NCBI GenBank assembly: GCA_017425575.1
Contig: JAFPDA010000008.1
Location: 1-38,161, forward strand
Direction: 5' to 3'
Length of the DNA: 38,161 nt
Source: Lachnospiraceae bacterium
GTDB taxonomy: Bacteria > Bacillota > Clostridia > Lachnospirales > Lachnospiraceae
Position numbers and translations under genes: made by a program. Under the pieces are notes generated by a model, which saw only the letters and a list, made by a program, of their open reading frames with translations, was not told the origin of the DNA and ran no database searches. Below are positions 1-8,968 of this stretch, piece by piece; the first letter of the stretch is position 1, and the number at the start of each line of letters is the position of its first letter.

Positions 1-854
1 AAGAAATTTTCACCAAAACACAGTGGTCTTCCGACCATAAAACCTTTTAAATTTTCAAACCAGCCTGCACTTTTAAGCTGCCACAAAGCTCTCCTTATAC
101 CCATGACATTTAAATCACATGCCTCAAAGAACCATATTATTCCGTCTTCTTTATATTTATTATTAAATTCCCTGACTTTATCGTATCTTGTACCCACGAG
201 ATTTGAGAGACAGTCAAGGCATCCACCTATAAGCCTTCCCTCCATGGACACTTCGTCACCACAGTTAAAACTTTTTAAGATTCTTGGTTCTGTGAGATTA
301 TAGGGTTCTAATGGGTTTTCCTCTGTCTTCAGCGACTCTTTCTCCCATTTGTCATATCCGTTTACAGTGCTTTTCTTACCAATGAGTATCTTAAAAGCAT
401 CCTCTACAGACTGATGCCATTCTCTCATGCCAAACGCAGGTGCACACGGCGCATAAATGGCTGCAGTATCACACAATACAGGCAACAGAAATGTCATGTT
501 TGTGTTATCTGAAAAGCCCATATACCATATAGGTTTTGCTTTGTTTATACTGTCAAAATCAACAAAATCAAGTGTTTCACACATAAGCTCACCACCACCG
601 CATGAAATTATAACATCAGCTTTGCTGTTTATAATAAAATCATTAAGTTCATCCCCACATTTTTCAGGAGTGTTACTTATTCCTATACCTGAACCTTCAT
701 AGCAGTTCGGCCCAACCACCATCTTATAACCCATCTGTGTAAATTTCTTCTGTGCATTGTCAAATGCACTTTTATATGGCTCAATATTGCATCCAAATGA
801 CGGAGCAACAAAACCTATCGAACCATTTTCCTTTAAAAACTCTGGTATTCTCAT
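1..854 (-). CDS. S66 family peptidase (LD-carboxypeptidase/MccF-like), 3' end runs off the window
   Basis: Not in the ORF track. Manual translation from ATG at 854 gives MRIPEFLKENGSIGFVAPSFGC...ISCGGGE...MGFSDNT...GRLIGGCL...WFLE. The GFSD nucleophile motif and GG-L/FLE motifs fit S66. ATGA overlap with the upstream gene. Confidence 0.88.
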   Translation of the reverse strand, partial: MRIPEFLKENGSIGFVAPSFGCNIEPYKSAFDNAQKKFTQMGYKMVVGPNCYEGSGIGISNTPEKCGDELNDFIINSKADVIISCGGGELMCETLDFVDFDSINKAKPIWYMGFSDNTNMTFLLPVLCDTAAIYAPCAPAFGMREWHQSVEDAFKILIGKKSTVNGYDKWEKESLKTEENPLEPYNLTEPRILKSFNCGDEVSMEGRLIGGCLDCLSNLVGTRYDKVREFNNKYKEDGIIWFFEACDLNVMGIRRALWQLKSAGWFENLKGFMVGRPLCFGENF

Positions 855-1516
855 ATTTCCTCCAACGCTTTTTCAAGTGTACATATACGCTCTTCAAACT
901 GCCCATAAAAATCATCTTTAGCATAAGGTCTTACAAACATCACCTGCAGTACAGCCATATTTATCTGCTTTATCAGTGCCTCATCATTTTTACTCTCAAC
1001 AATGCCCTGCACATACCTAATAAATGAATGCCATTTTATAATGTAGCTTTCATTCTTTTTAACATCAGCTATATCTATCCATTTTCTGACCTTAACTTTT
1101 GTCTTATTTGGCTTAACACACTCATCAACCTGAAGAAAATAGTCAAAGCCTGTGTCATTGTAAATTCTTCCAAGTGGAAAAAGACGGCATATACCAGGTC
1201 TGAAAGAATGAATACTGCATCTTCCCTCTTTATTAAGGAAACTGCATTTCTCTCCATCTCCCGAAAGTTTCAGATTTGGAAGTATCATTCCATCCACAAC
1301 ATTAAGCTCAAGCTTATCCTCAAGCAGCTCCTGAAAGCTCACTGATAGATTGGTAGTAAGATTATATATATCAAGCGGGTCAAGTTTTATGGAATCTCCC
1401 ATACCCTGACAGCATTTGGAACATCCCTCACAGTCATTACATCCAACCTTAACCATGTCATTAAGTCCATATAATTTTCCATCAGAAATCTCATTTATAT
1501 CAACATTTCTCTGCAA
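851..1516 (-). CDS. YkgJ family cysteine-cluster (CxxCxxCC, putative Zn/Fe-S) protein
   Basis: CNDCEGCSKCC, CSFL, CSIHSFRPGICRLFP. Start moved to TTG at 1516 (purine-rich RBS upstream), which removes the overlap with nfo. Confidence 0.82.
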   Translation of the reverse strand: MQRNVDINEISDGKLYGLNDMVKVGCNDCEGCSKCCQGMGDSIKLDPLDIYNLTTNLSVSFQELLEDKLELNVVDGMILPNLKLSGDGEKCSFLNKEGRCSIHSFRPGICRLFPLGRIYNDTGFDYFLQVDECVKPNKTKVKVRKWIDIADVKKNESYIIKWHSFIRYVQGIVESKNDEALIKQINMAVLQVMFVRPYAKDDFYGQFEERICTLEKALEEI

Positions 1517-1541
1517 TTTTTTTCTCTCTTTCCACAATTTT

Positions 1542-2381
1542 TCAGCCCAAATGCCATTTTTTAAACATTGCAATCTCTGCCGCATAGCCATCATCATCAT
1601 TAGGTGTCTCAAGAATAAAAGGTTTACCCTGTAATGCAGGATGCAAGGCAACTCTTTTCATTGCCTCAAGCCCTATCTTGCCCTGACCAATCTTCTCATG
1701 TCTGTCCTTATGTGCACCACAGTCATTCATGCTGTCATTAAAATGTACCGCACACAGTCTGTCAAGACCGATAACCCTGTCAAACTCGTCAAGAACACCA
1801 TCCAGATTATTTACAATATCATAACCGCCATCCCAGACATGACATGTATCAAAGCATACTCCAAGCTTTTCATTAAGCTCAACCCTGTCTATTATCTCTC
1901 TCAATTCCTCAAAAGACCTTCCAACCTCACTGCCTTTTCCTGCCATTGTCTCAAGAAGAACTGTGGTTGACTGATTCTCATCAAGAATGTCATTGAGTGC
2001 CTCCACGATAAGCTCTATTCCTTTTTCAACACCCTGTCCGACATGTGAGCCCGGATGAAAATTATAATAATTTCCAGGGGTATACTCCATCCTTCTCATA
2101 TCATCCCTGACCATCTCTCTTGAAAAGGCTCTTATATCTTCTTTGGCTGCACACAAATTCATGGTATAAGGTGCATGTGCCACCAGTTTTCCAAGTTTAT
2201 ATTCCTCAGACAACTGCAAAAACTTCTCAATATCCTTCTCATCAATATCCTTTGCCTTTCCACCTCTCGGATTTCTGGTAAAAAATGCAAATGTATTGCC
2301 ACCAAGCTTCTCTTCCATCTTCGCCATCGCGGCATATCCCTTAGATGACGACAAATGATTACCTATATAAAAATCGCTCAT
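1542..2381 (-). CDS. nfo: Endonuclease IV (AP endonuclease)
   Basis: [31 protein letters not shown] and ILETP metal-ligand motifs. Confidence 0.95.
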   Translation of the reverse strand: MSDFYIGNHLSSSKGYAAMAKMEEKLGGNTFAFFTRNPRGGKAKDIDEKDIEKFLQLSEEYKLGKLVAHAPYTMNLCAAKEDIRAFSREMVRDDMRRMEYTPGNYYNFHPGSHVGQGVEKGIELIVEALNDILDENQSTTVLLETMAGKGSEVGRSFEELREIIDRVELNEKLGVCFDTCHVWDGGYDIVNNLDGVLDEFDRVIGLDRLCAVHFNDSMNDCGAHKDRHEKIGQGKIGLEAMKRVALHPALQGKPFILETPNDDDGYAAEIAMFKKWHLG

Positions 2382-2396
2382 ACTAGTCCATCCCTT

Positions 2397-2936
2397 CTAA
2401 AAAATATATTTTACAAGCTCACAATTCTTTATGGAATGTGACGCAAATTCCTCATTGCTAAGGTCACAAAAATAAGAATGTATTATTCTTGCAATTCCAT
2501 TGTGGGCAACTATAAGATATGTCTTGTCTTTATCCTCCTTAAGCTCGTCAATCAGATTATAAACTCTCTGAGCCACACGAAGCATTGTCTCGCCACCTTC
2601 AAAGCTGTCCACAAAATTTCTCTTTGCCGCAAGAAACTCATCAGATCTTCTTCCACCACCTTCATATTTTCCAAAATTCTGTTCTCTTATTCTCTCATCT
2701 GTATGCATTGGTATCCCTGTTATCTCAGATATATAAGAAGCTGTATCTTTTGCTCTGACAAGTGGTGAAGCCACTATCTCATCAATCTTTATTGTACAGT
2801 CATCATTTATAATATTTCCAAGCTCTATTGCCTGCTGTCTGCCAAAATCGGTAAGTTCTATATCTGTTGCTCCGCACACCTTATCCGCAACATTCCACAC
2901 TGTCTGTCCATGTCTTGTAATATATAAATATCCCAT
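2397..2936 (-). CDS. Histidine phosphatase family protein
   Basis: TRHGQT, SPLVRA, REQNFG, GGE and VAHNG motifs; GGAGG RBS. Confidence 0.92.
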   Translation of the reverse strand: MGYLYITRHGQTVWNVADKVCGATDIELTDFGRQQAIELGNIINDDCTIKIDEIVASPLVRAKDTASYISEITGIPMHTDERIREQNFGKYEGGGRRSDEFLAAKRNFVDSFEGGETMLRVAQRVYNLIDELKEDKDKTYLIVAHNGIARIIHSYFCDLSNEEFASHSIKNCELVKYIF

Positions 2937-2989
2937 ATGTCACACACCTCCATTATTAAAAATAAACTGAAACCATTCTACCATAAGAA

Positions 2990-3143
2990 TAACAGTTCAG
3001 CCATATTTTTTTGTGATAGAATTTGAGACTGAACTGTTAGTGTTACAGTTCAGCCGGAGATTATGACATAACGCATAAAAACAAAAATATCTCTGTGAGC
3101 CCAAGCGAAAGCATGTCCCCACGGAGATATTTTTATGCGTTTT
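2990..3143. repeat. Cluster of alternating (T/G)TWACAGTTCAG motifs plus a long hairpin (probable MCP terminator)
   Basis: TAACAGTTCAG at 2990-3000, its exact inverse at 3029-3039, GTTACAGTTCAGCCG at 3042-3056; stem AAAAATATCTCTGTG...CACGGAGATATTTTT with outer ACGCATAAAA/TTTTATGCGT. Confidence 0.7.
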
Positions 3144-3155
3144 TTATTAATTACT

Positions 3156-5285
3156 TTATTTCAATTTAAATCTGTTTGCCACATCATTGAGATTTCCAGA
3201 TATTACACCCTGATTTTCAGCCATCTCTGAAACGTCATCAACTACTACTCCGACTTCTTCAACCACAGCCATAATATCACTTCCTGTCTGCGCTGTCTCC
3301 TGTGCTGATTCTGCAACACTCTGAATTGCAAGAGTTACCTCCTGCATAATCTCTCTTATACTTGAAGACATATCAGAAATCTTCTGTGAAGATGCTTCTA
3401 TTATCTCTGCATCTTTGCCATACTGCTCACCAACTTTTACAAATTTATCGTAATCTGGTGTAACTGTATCTCTTACAAATCCAAGTATTCCCTCTGTATC
3501 TTTTGTAAGCCCAAAGAAAGCATCCTTAACATTACTTATAGTTTTCTGGATTTCAGTTACAGCATTTGATGTCTCTGTCGCAAGCTTACCAATCTCACCT
3601 GCCACCACAGCAAAACCTTTTCCTGCTTCACCTGCTCTTGCTGCCTCAATAGATGCATTAAGAGAAAGAAGATTTATCTCTTCTGCAATAGCGGAAATAA
3701 CATCTGCAAGTGCTCCAATATTTTCTACAACCTTAGCATTTTCCATAGAAATTGCAAGCTGGTTCTCAAAATGCTCTGCAAGTTCACTTGCCTTAGCAAA
3801 AGACTCTTCACTTGATTTTCTTATATTTTCCGCTCTTTTCTTAATCTCTTTTACAAGATCCATATTCTGCATAGTTTCATTATTAAGAATAGCTACATTT
3901 GCATTTACTTCCTCTGTTGATGCATTCACCTCCTGTGTAGATGAACTTGATATCATCATAGCCTCATTTATATTATGCATGTATTCTTTTATGTTGTTAA
4001 ATTCTTTTGTCATCTTCTCAGCAGCATCCTGAAGTGTCTGGCTTGAAGACTCAATTTCTTCAGCATGACCTGATATACTTGAAATAATCTGTCTATTGCT
4101 GCTGTACATGTCATTGAGAGACTCTCCCATCAGGCCAAGTTCATCCCTTCTTGTAATTTTAATCTCATCTATCGTAAAATTACCTTCAGATAACTCTGTT
4201 GCAAAAGTTTTTACATTAGCAACTCTCTTAGTTATTACTCTTACTTGAATATAAATAGCACCAATACTTGCAATTATAGCAATTACACATACAACAACAA
4301 GCTGACTGATAAGCTTTTTAACAGGTCCGCTAATCTCATCCTCAGGCATTGAAATAGCAAACTTCCAGTTTACACCAGGAATATTTATAAAGTAGAGCCT
4401 GTAATTGCTTTTCCCCTTACTGTAACTGTCTGTACCCTTATCTTTTGATAAAATTCTCTCTCCGGCTTTTGCAAGAGAAGCATTTTCATCATTTAATATA
4501 TTCGTCTCTGATGCTATCTTTTCTTTTTCAACTCCACCTAAATAAACACCATCGCTATCAAGAAGGAAAGCTGAACCGTTATTTCCTATCTTAATACTGT
4601 TAACCTTCTCCGAAATAACATCAATGGAAGTATCAACCGTTATACAGCCAATAAATTCACCATTTGAATTTACAGGAACTGAACATGTGCTCATAATGCA
4701 GTTTAATGTCTCGTCATAATACGGATCTGTAACATATGTCTCTTTACTATTTTTTGCAGTTCTATAATAGTCCTTTGAAAAATAGTCATACCTCATATCA
4801 CCATATTCATATGTAATTGTAATTTCCTCTCCATTTCTGTAAGCATATGGACCCATATACATCTTTTTGTTGTCAAACTTATAAGGCTCAAACCACATAC
4901 CGCATCCCATTATAGACTCATTTGAACGTACAATCTCTGCAAGCATTTTCTCATACATTTTTATATCCGCTGTAGTATATGTAGATGCAACACTTGTTCC
5001 TATACACTTGCCTGTAGCCTCCATCTCATCAATAAAAGCAGATATATCTCCCTGCTGTGCTTCAATCTCAGACAGCATATGTTCAGAAATCTGTTTATTG
5101 ATAGTTGTTTTACTTGAAGTACTGCTTATTACCGTAAGCACTATCATCGCAATCAAAATAACAGGTAAAATCGCAACAAGCATCCTTGCTTTAAGGCTTT
5201 TTACTTTCATATTTTTTTCTTTCCGGACTTTTACTTTTTTGCTCTTTTCTTTCTTATTTTTTACTTTCTTGCTTTTTTCTTTCAT
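3156..5285 (-). CDS. Methyl-accepting chemotaxis protein (TM-dCache-TM-HAMP-MCP signalling domain)
   Basis: Two TM helices; NLLSLNASIEAARAGEAGKGFAVVAGEI hairpin tip; Cache-type YVTDPYYD motif. Confidence 0.95.
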   Translation of the reverse strand: MKEKSKKVKNKKEKSKKVKVRKEKNMKVKSLKARMLVAILPVILIAMIVLTVISSTSSKTTINKQISEHMLSEIEAQQGDISAFIDEMEATGKCIGTSVASTYTTADIKMYEKMLAEIVRSNESIMGCGMWFEPYKFDNKKMYMGPYAYRNGEEITITYEYGDMRYDYFSKDYYRTAKNSKETYVTDPYYDETLNCIMSTCSVPVNSNGEFIGCITVDTSIDVISEKVNSIKIGNNGSAFLLDSDGVYLGGVEKEKIASETNILNDENASLAKAGERILSKDKGTDSYSKGKSNYRLYFINIPGVNWKFAISMPEDEISGPVKKLISQLVVVCVIAIIASIGAIYIQVRVITKRVANVKTFATELSEGNFTIDEIKITRRDELGLMGESLNDMYSSNRQIISSISGHAEEIESSSQTLQDAAEKMTKEFNNIKEYMHNINEAMMISSSSTQEVNASTEEVNANVAILNNETMQNMDLVKEIKKRAENIRKSSEESFAKASELAEHFENQLAISMENAKVVENIGALADVISAIAEEINLLSLNASIEAARAGEAGKGFAVVAGEIGKLATETSNAVTEIQKTISNVKDAFFGLTKDTEGILGFVRDTVTPDYDKFVKVGEQYGKDAEIIEASSQKISDMSSSIREIMQEVTLAIQSVAESAQETAQTGSDIMAVVEEVGVVVDDVSEMAENQGVISGNLNDVANRFKLK

Positions 5286-5425
5286 AACTTATCCTCCCTT
5301 TATAAATACATTTTTATATACACAAACCTCATAATAATATTATATCTGCTTATGAAACTTTTTGCAAGTAAGCCATAAAATATTTTAACTTTTCCTAAAT
5401 GTGCAGAGGGGATTTAATTATAAAG

Positions 5426-5469
5426 TAAAAATCCCCTGTTTCACAGTAAACTGCAAAACAGGGGTATTT
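5426..5469 (-). terminator. Intrinsic terminator after glgP
   Basis: CCCCTGTTT...AAACAGGGG stem, followed by a U-tract on the minus strand. Confidence 0.7.
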
Positions 5470-5545
5470 GAGGGATTTCTATTTTTAAGAGATGTTTTGT
5501 TAGTATTTTGATTATAAATTTGTCAGTACATTATCTGTTTATCTA

Positions 5546-7801
5546 TTATTTAAGTTTCCAGATATCGTTGTTATACTCAGCGATTGTTCTGTCTGATGAG
5601 AAGAATCCTGCCTTAGCTGTATTTACAAGCATCATCTTAGCCCATGCCATTCTGTCTGTGTAAGCAGCCATCATCTTCTCTTTAACATCGATGTACTCCT
5701 TGATATCAAGAAGTGTCATAAACCAGTCTTTATTGATAAGTTCTTTGTAAAGACGACCAAGATTTGTTGGATCACCAATCTGCATAAGTTCAGGGCTTAT
5801 GATAAAGTCAACAAGACTCTTGATAACTTCGTCATCATCATAGAATTTTCTTGATACATAACCACTTGTCTCATAAAGTTTGATAACTTCATCACTTGAC
5901 TTACCAAAGATGAAAATGTTGTCTTTTCCAACAAGGTCATGAATCTCAACGTTAGCACCATCCATTGTACCAAGTGTAACAGCACCGTTAAGCATGAACT
6001 TCATGTTACCTGTACCAGAAGCCTCTTTAGATGCAAGAGAAATCTGCTCTGAAATGTCACATGCAGGTATAAGCTTAGATGCCTTTGTAACATTGTAGTT
6101 CTCAACCATTACAACCTTAAGGTATGGATTTACCTGTGGATCATTCTCAATAAGCTGCTGCATGCAGAGAATTAAGTGAATGATATCTTTTGCAAGGATA
6201 TATGCCGGAGCTGCCTTTGCACCAAAAATCATTGTGATTGGCTTCTCAGGAAGTCTTCCTGCCTTAATCTCTTTATATTTGTAGATAAGGTAAAGTGCAT
6301 TCATCTGCTGACGTTTGTACTCGTGAAGTCTCTTAATCTGAATGTCAAAGATAGAGTCATCTGCAATATCAACGTTCTGTGTATCTTTGAGGTATTTCTT
6401 TAAGATTTTCTTATTCTCATCTTTTATAGAGAGCATCTTCTTAAGTACATCCTCATTATCCTGGAATTTAAGAAGATTCTCAAGCTCTGTTGCATCCTTT
6501 TTCCAGCCATCTCCGATAAGCTCTGTAATATAGTCAGAAAGCATAGGATTACAGTGCATAAGCCAGCGACGGAATGTGATACCATTTGTCTTATTGTTGA
6601 ACTTGTCTGGATAAATATCATAGAAAGGCTTTAACTCAGACTCTTTAAGAATATCTGTATGAAGTGCAGCAACACCGTTTACACTGAAACCATAGTGAAT
6701 ATCCATATGAGCCATGTGTACTCTGTTCTCACCATCAATGATAACTACTCTTGAATCTGAATACTTAGCCTTAACCTTCTCATCAAGTTTTCTGATGATT
6801 GGCATAAGCTGTGGAACAACTTCCTCAAGATAAGAGATAGGCCACTTCTCAAGAGCTTCTGCAAGAATTGTGTGGTTTGTGTAAGCACATGTCTTGCTGA
6901 CAATGTCTGCTGCCTCGTCAAAGTCAACTCCACGCTCCATAAGAAGACGAATCATCTCAGGGATAACCATTGAAGGATGTGTATCATTAATCTGGATTAC
7001 AACATGGTCATACATCTTTCTTACATCATAACCCTTCTCATCCATCTCTTTAAGGATAAGCTGTGCTCCATTGCTTACCATGAAGTACTGCTGATAAATT
7101 CTGAGAAGTTCTCCTGCCTTATCACTGTCATCCGGATAGAGGAAAAGTGTAAGGTTCTTTGCTATATCATGTTTGTCAAATGAGATTCCGTCCTGAACAA
7201 GACTCTCATCAAGTGTATCAACATCAAATAAGTGAAGTTTATTTATACCACTCTCATAACCTGGTACATCAATATCATATAATGTAGAGTTAAGAGCGAA
7301 ATCCTTATACTGTACTGTGAAATGGATTCCAGTATTTACAAGCCAGCTCTCTTTCTCAATCCAAGGATTTTTAACTTCTTTCTGCTTATTATTCTCAAAT
7401 ACCTGCTGGAATAATCCATAGTGATAGTTAAGACCGATACCTGCACCGTTTAATCCAAGAGTTGCTATAGAATCCATGAAACATGCTGCAAGTCTTCCAA
7501 GACCACCGTTACCAAGTGAAGGTTCCGGCTCAACCTCTTCGATATCTGATAAGCTCTTGCCTGCCTCTGCAAGTACATTCTTAACTTCCTCATATAAACC
7601 AAGGTTGATAAGATTGTTTGATAAAAGTTTACCGATTAAGAACTCTGCTGAGATGTAGTAGATTTTCTTATCTCCGCTGTTAGCTTCTTTGTCGTTACAT
7701 GCATCTTTTGTAAGACCTAAAAGTGCATAGTAGATAGCTGTGTTATCAGCCTGTGCAAGTGTTGTTCCCAAACGATTTTCAAGGTTCTGCTTTAAATCCA
7801 T
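5546..7801 (-). CDS. glgP: Glycogen/maltodextrin phosphorylase (GT35)
   Basis: [30 protein letters not shown], and the PLP-lysine motif [14 protein letters not shown]. Confidence 0.96.
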   Translation of the reverse strand: MDLKQNLENRLGTTLAQADNTAIYYALLGLTKDACNDKEANSGDKKIYYISAEFLIGKLLSNNLINLGLYEEVKNVLAEAGKSLSDIEEVEPEPSLGNGGLGRLAACFMDSIATLGLNGAGIGLNYHYGLFQQVFENNKQKEVKNPWIEKESWLVNTGIHFTVQYKDFALNSTLYDIDVPGYESGINKLHLFDVDTLDESLVQDGISFDKHDIAKNLTLFLYPDDSDKAGELLRIYQQYFMVSNGAQLILKEMDEKGYDVRKMYDHVVIQINDTHPSMVIPEMIRLLMERGVDFDEAADIVSKTCAYTNHTILAEALEKWPISYLEEVVPQLMPIIRKLDEKVKAKYSDSRVVIIDGENRVHMAHMDIHYGFSVNGVAALHTDILKESELKPFYDIYPDKFNNKTNGITFRRWLMHCNPMLSDYITELIGDGWKKDATELENLLKFQDNEDVLKKMLSIKDENKKILKKYLKDTQNVDIADDSIFDIQIKRLHEYKRQQMNALYLIYKYKEIKAGRLPEKPITMIFGAKAAPAYILAKDIIHLILCMQQLIENDPQVNPYLKVVMVENYNVTKASKLIPACDISEQISLASKEASGTGNMKFMLNGAVTLGTMDGANVEIHDLVGKDNIFIFGKSSDEVIKLYETSGYVSRKFYDDDEVIKSLVDFIISPELMQIGDPTNLGRLYKELINKDWFMTLLDIKEYIDVKEKMMAAYTDRMAWAKMMLVNTAKAGFFSSDRTIAEYNNDIWKLK

Positions 7802-7926
7802 TTTTGTAATCTCCTCTCAAATAAAAAATTCATTTCAATTTAGTTTTCTGTTTTATTCTATCATTTAATTGCGTCTCAGGACTTCTGTGCCCTGTGTTTT
7901 TTGTTTTCTCTCTGATGTTGAATTCA

Positions 7927-7982
7927 TTATAATTTGAGTGGTATTATTATTCTTGCACAATAAATCCTAAAACTTGTACTAT
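7927..7982 (-). promoter_or_regulatory. glgP promoter: -10 TATAAT with AraC-type direct repeats
   Basis: Minus-strand TATAAT at 7927-7932 with no good -35; CTTGCACAAT (7952) and CTTGTACTAT (7973) are 21 bp apart. Confidence 0.55.
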
Positions 7983-7999
7983 ACTATCATTTTCATTTT

Positions 8000-8869
8000 T
8001 TAATTTCTTTTTCTGTATTCTCTTGGGGACACGCCATATTTTTTCTTAAAAAGCCTGTTAAAATACGACAGATTTGTAAAACCTGCCTCCTCAGAAATTT
8101 CAAGAATAGACTTGTCTCCTGCAATAAGCATACTTTCCACAACAGATAATCTATAGGCATTCAGATACTCCGTAAATGTGCAGCCACTATTCTGCTTAAA
8201 AAACTTCATAAAATGTGACGTACTGAACCCCACCGCCTCAGCAACATCCCCAGGTGTAAGCTCTTCTGTATAATGACTTGAAATATAATACAGTATCTCT
8301 TTGAGTTTAACAGCCTGTTTGTTTCTCGGCTTCTTTGATGCCGAATCCACATAGTCATAAAATATAAGAAGAAAAAATTTAAAAAGATAACTTTTTATTC
8401 CCAGCTCATACCCAAACGCCGGCATAGAGCACAGATTATCTATCTGCTCAATACAACCATAAAGCTGTTCATAATCCTTCATGCCACTTGTAAAATGTAT
8501 CGGATGTATAAATTTATCATTAAAAAGCGGTCTTAAATAGTCGGATGTACATATATCATTTCCATATAAAAGCTGTGGCTTAAACAATATGTTCTCGTAT
8601 TCCATAACATTATCATCAAGCTGATATATCGCATGTAACTGTCCTGGCAGTATAAGCACTATATCTCCCGCATGAACAGTATATGACTGAAGGTCAACCA
8701 TAACCATTCCCGTCCCCTTTTTTATAATTACAAGCTCTACTTCCTCATTCCAATGAGTATTTATCTGTGTAAAATCAAGCGGTATGGAACACAGGTAAGT
8801 GTTATAAGGAAAGTTCTCTTTTACATGAGACTTTCTCTCATGATAATTTTCATATTCAAATGTATTCAT
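8000..8869 (-). CDS. AraC family regulator with N-terminal cupin domain
   Basis: HWNEEVE...PGQLH cupin; C-terminal GFTNLSYFNRLFKKKYGVSPREYR; start ATG at 8869 after a GGGGG RBS. Confidence 0.92.
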   Translation of the reverse strand: MNTFEYENYHERKSHVKENFPYNTYLCSIPLDFTQINTHWNEEVELVIIKKGTGMVMVDLQSYTVHAGDIVLILPGQLHAIYQLDDNVMEYENILFKPQLLYGNDICTSDYLRPLFNDKFIHPIHFTSGMKDYEQLYGCIEQIDNLCSMPAFGYELGIKSYLFKFFLLIFYDYVDSASKKPRNKQAVKLKEILYYISSHYTEELTPGDVAEAVGFSTSHFMKFFKQNSGCTFTEYLNAYRLSVVESMLIAGDKSILEISEEAGFTNLSYFNRLFKKKYGVSPREYRKRN

Positions 8870-8892
8870 CTTATATACCCCCACATACAGCA

Positions 8893-8953
8893 AAACAAAA
8901 TCCGCTACACTACTTTATTGATAGTATAACGGATTTGTGTTTTAAATACAATT
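8893..8953 (-). promoter_or_regulatory. Hairpin/promoter cassette, copy 1
   Basis: TTGTAT(8951-8946)-17-TATACT(8928-8923) overlapping the inverted repeat AATCCGCTACACTA/TAGTATAACGGATT; similar to 37795-37860. Confidence 0.7.
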
Positions 8954-8968
8954 TTAAAGGGCGAACAA

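Noticed and set aside
103-1027. Short plus-strand ORFs at the window start
   Set aside because: They lie opposite the S66 peptidase and YkgJ genes
1517-1651. Extended YkgJ N-terminus with an MMMM run
   Set aside because: Alternate-frame reading of the nfo DDD codons; start reassigned to 1516
2990-3056. Possible CRISPR mini-array
   Set aside because: Repeats are short and alternate in orientation, spacing is irregular, and there are no cas genes
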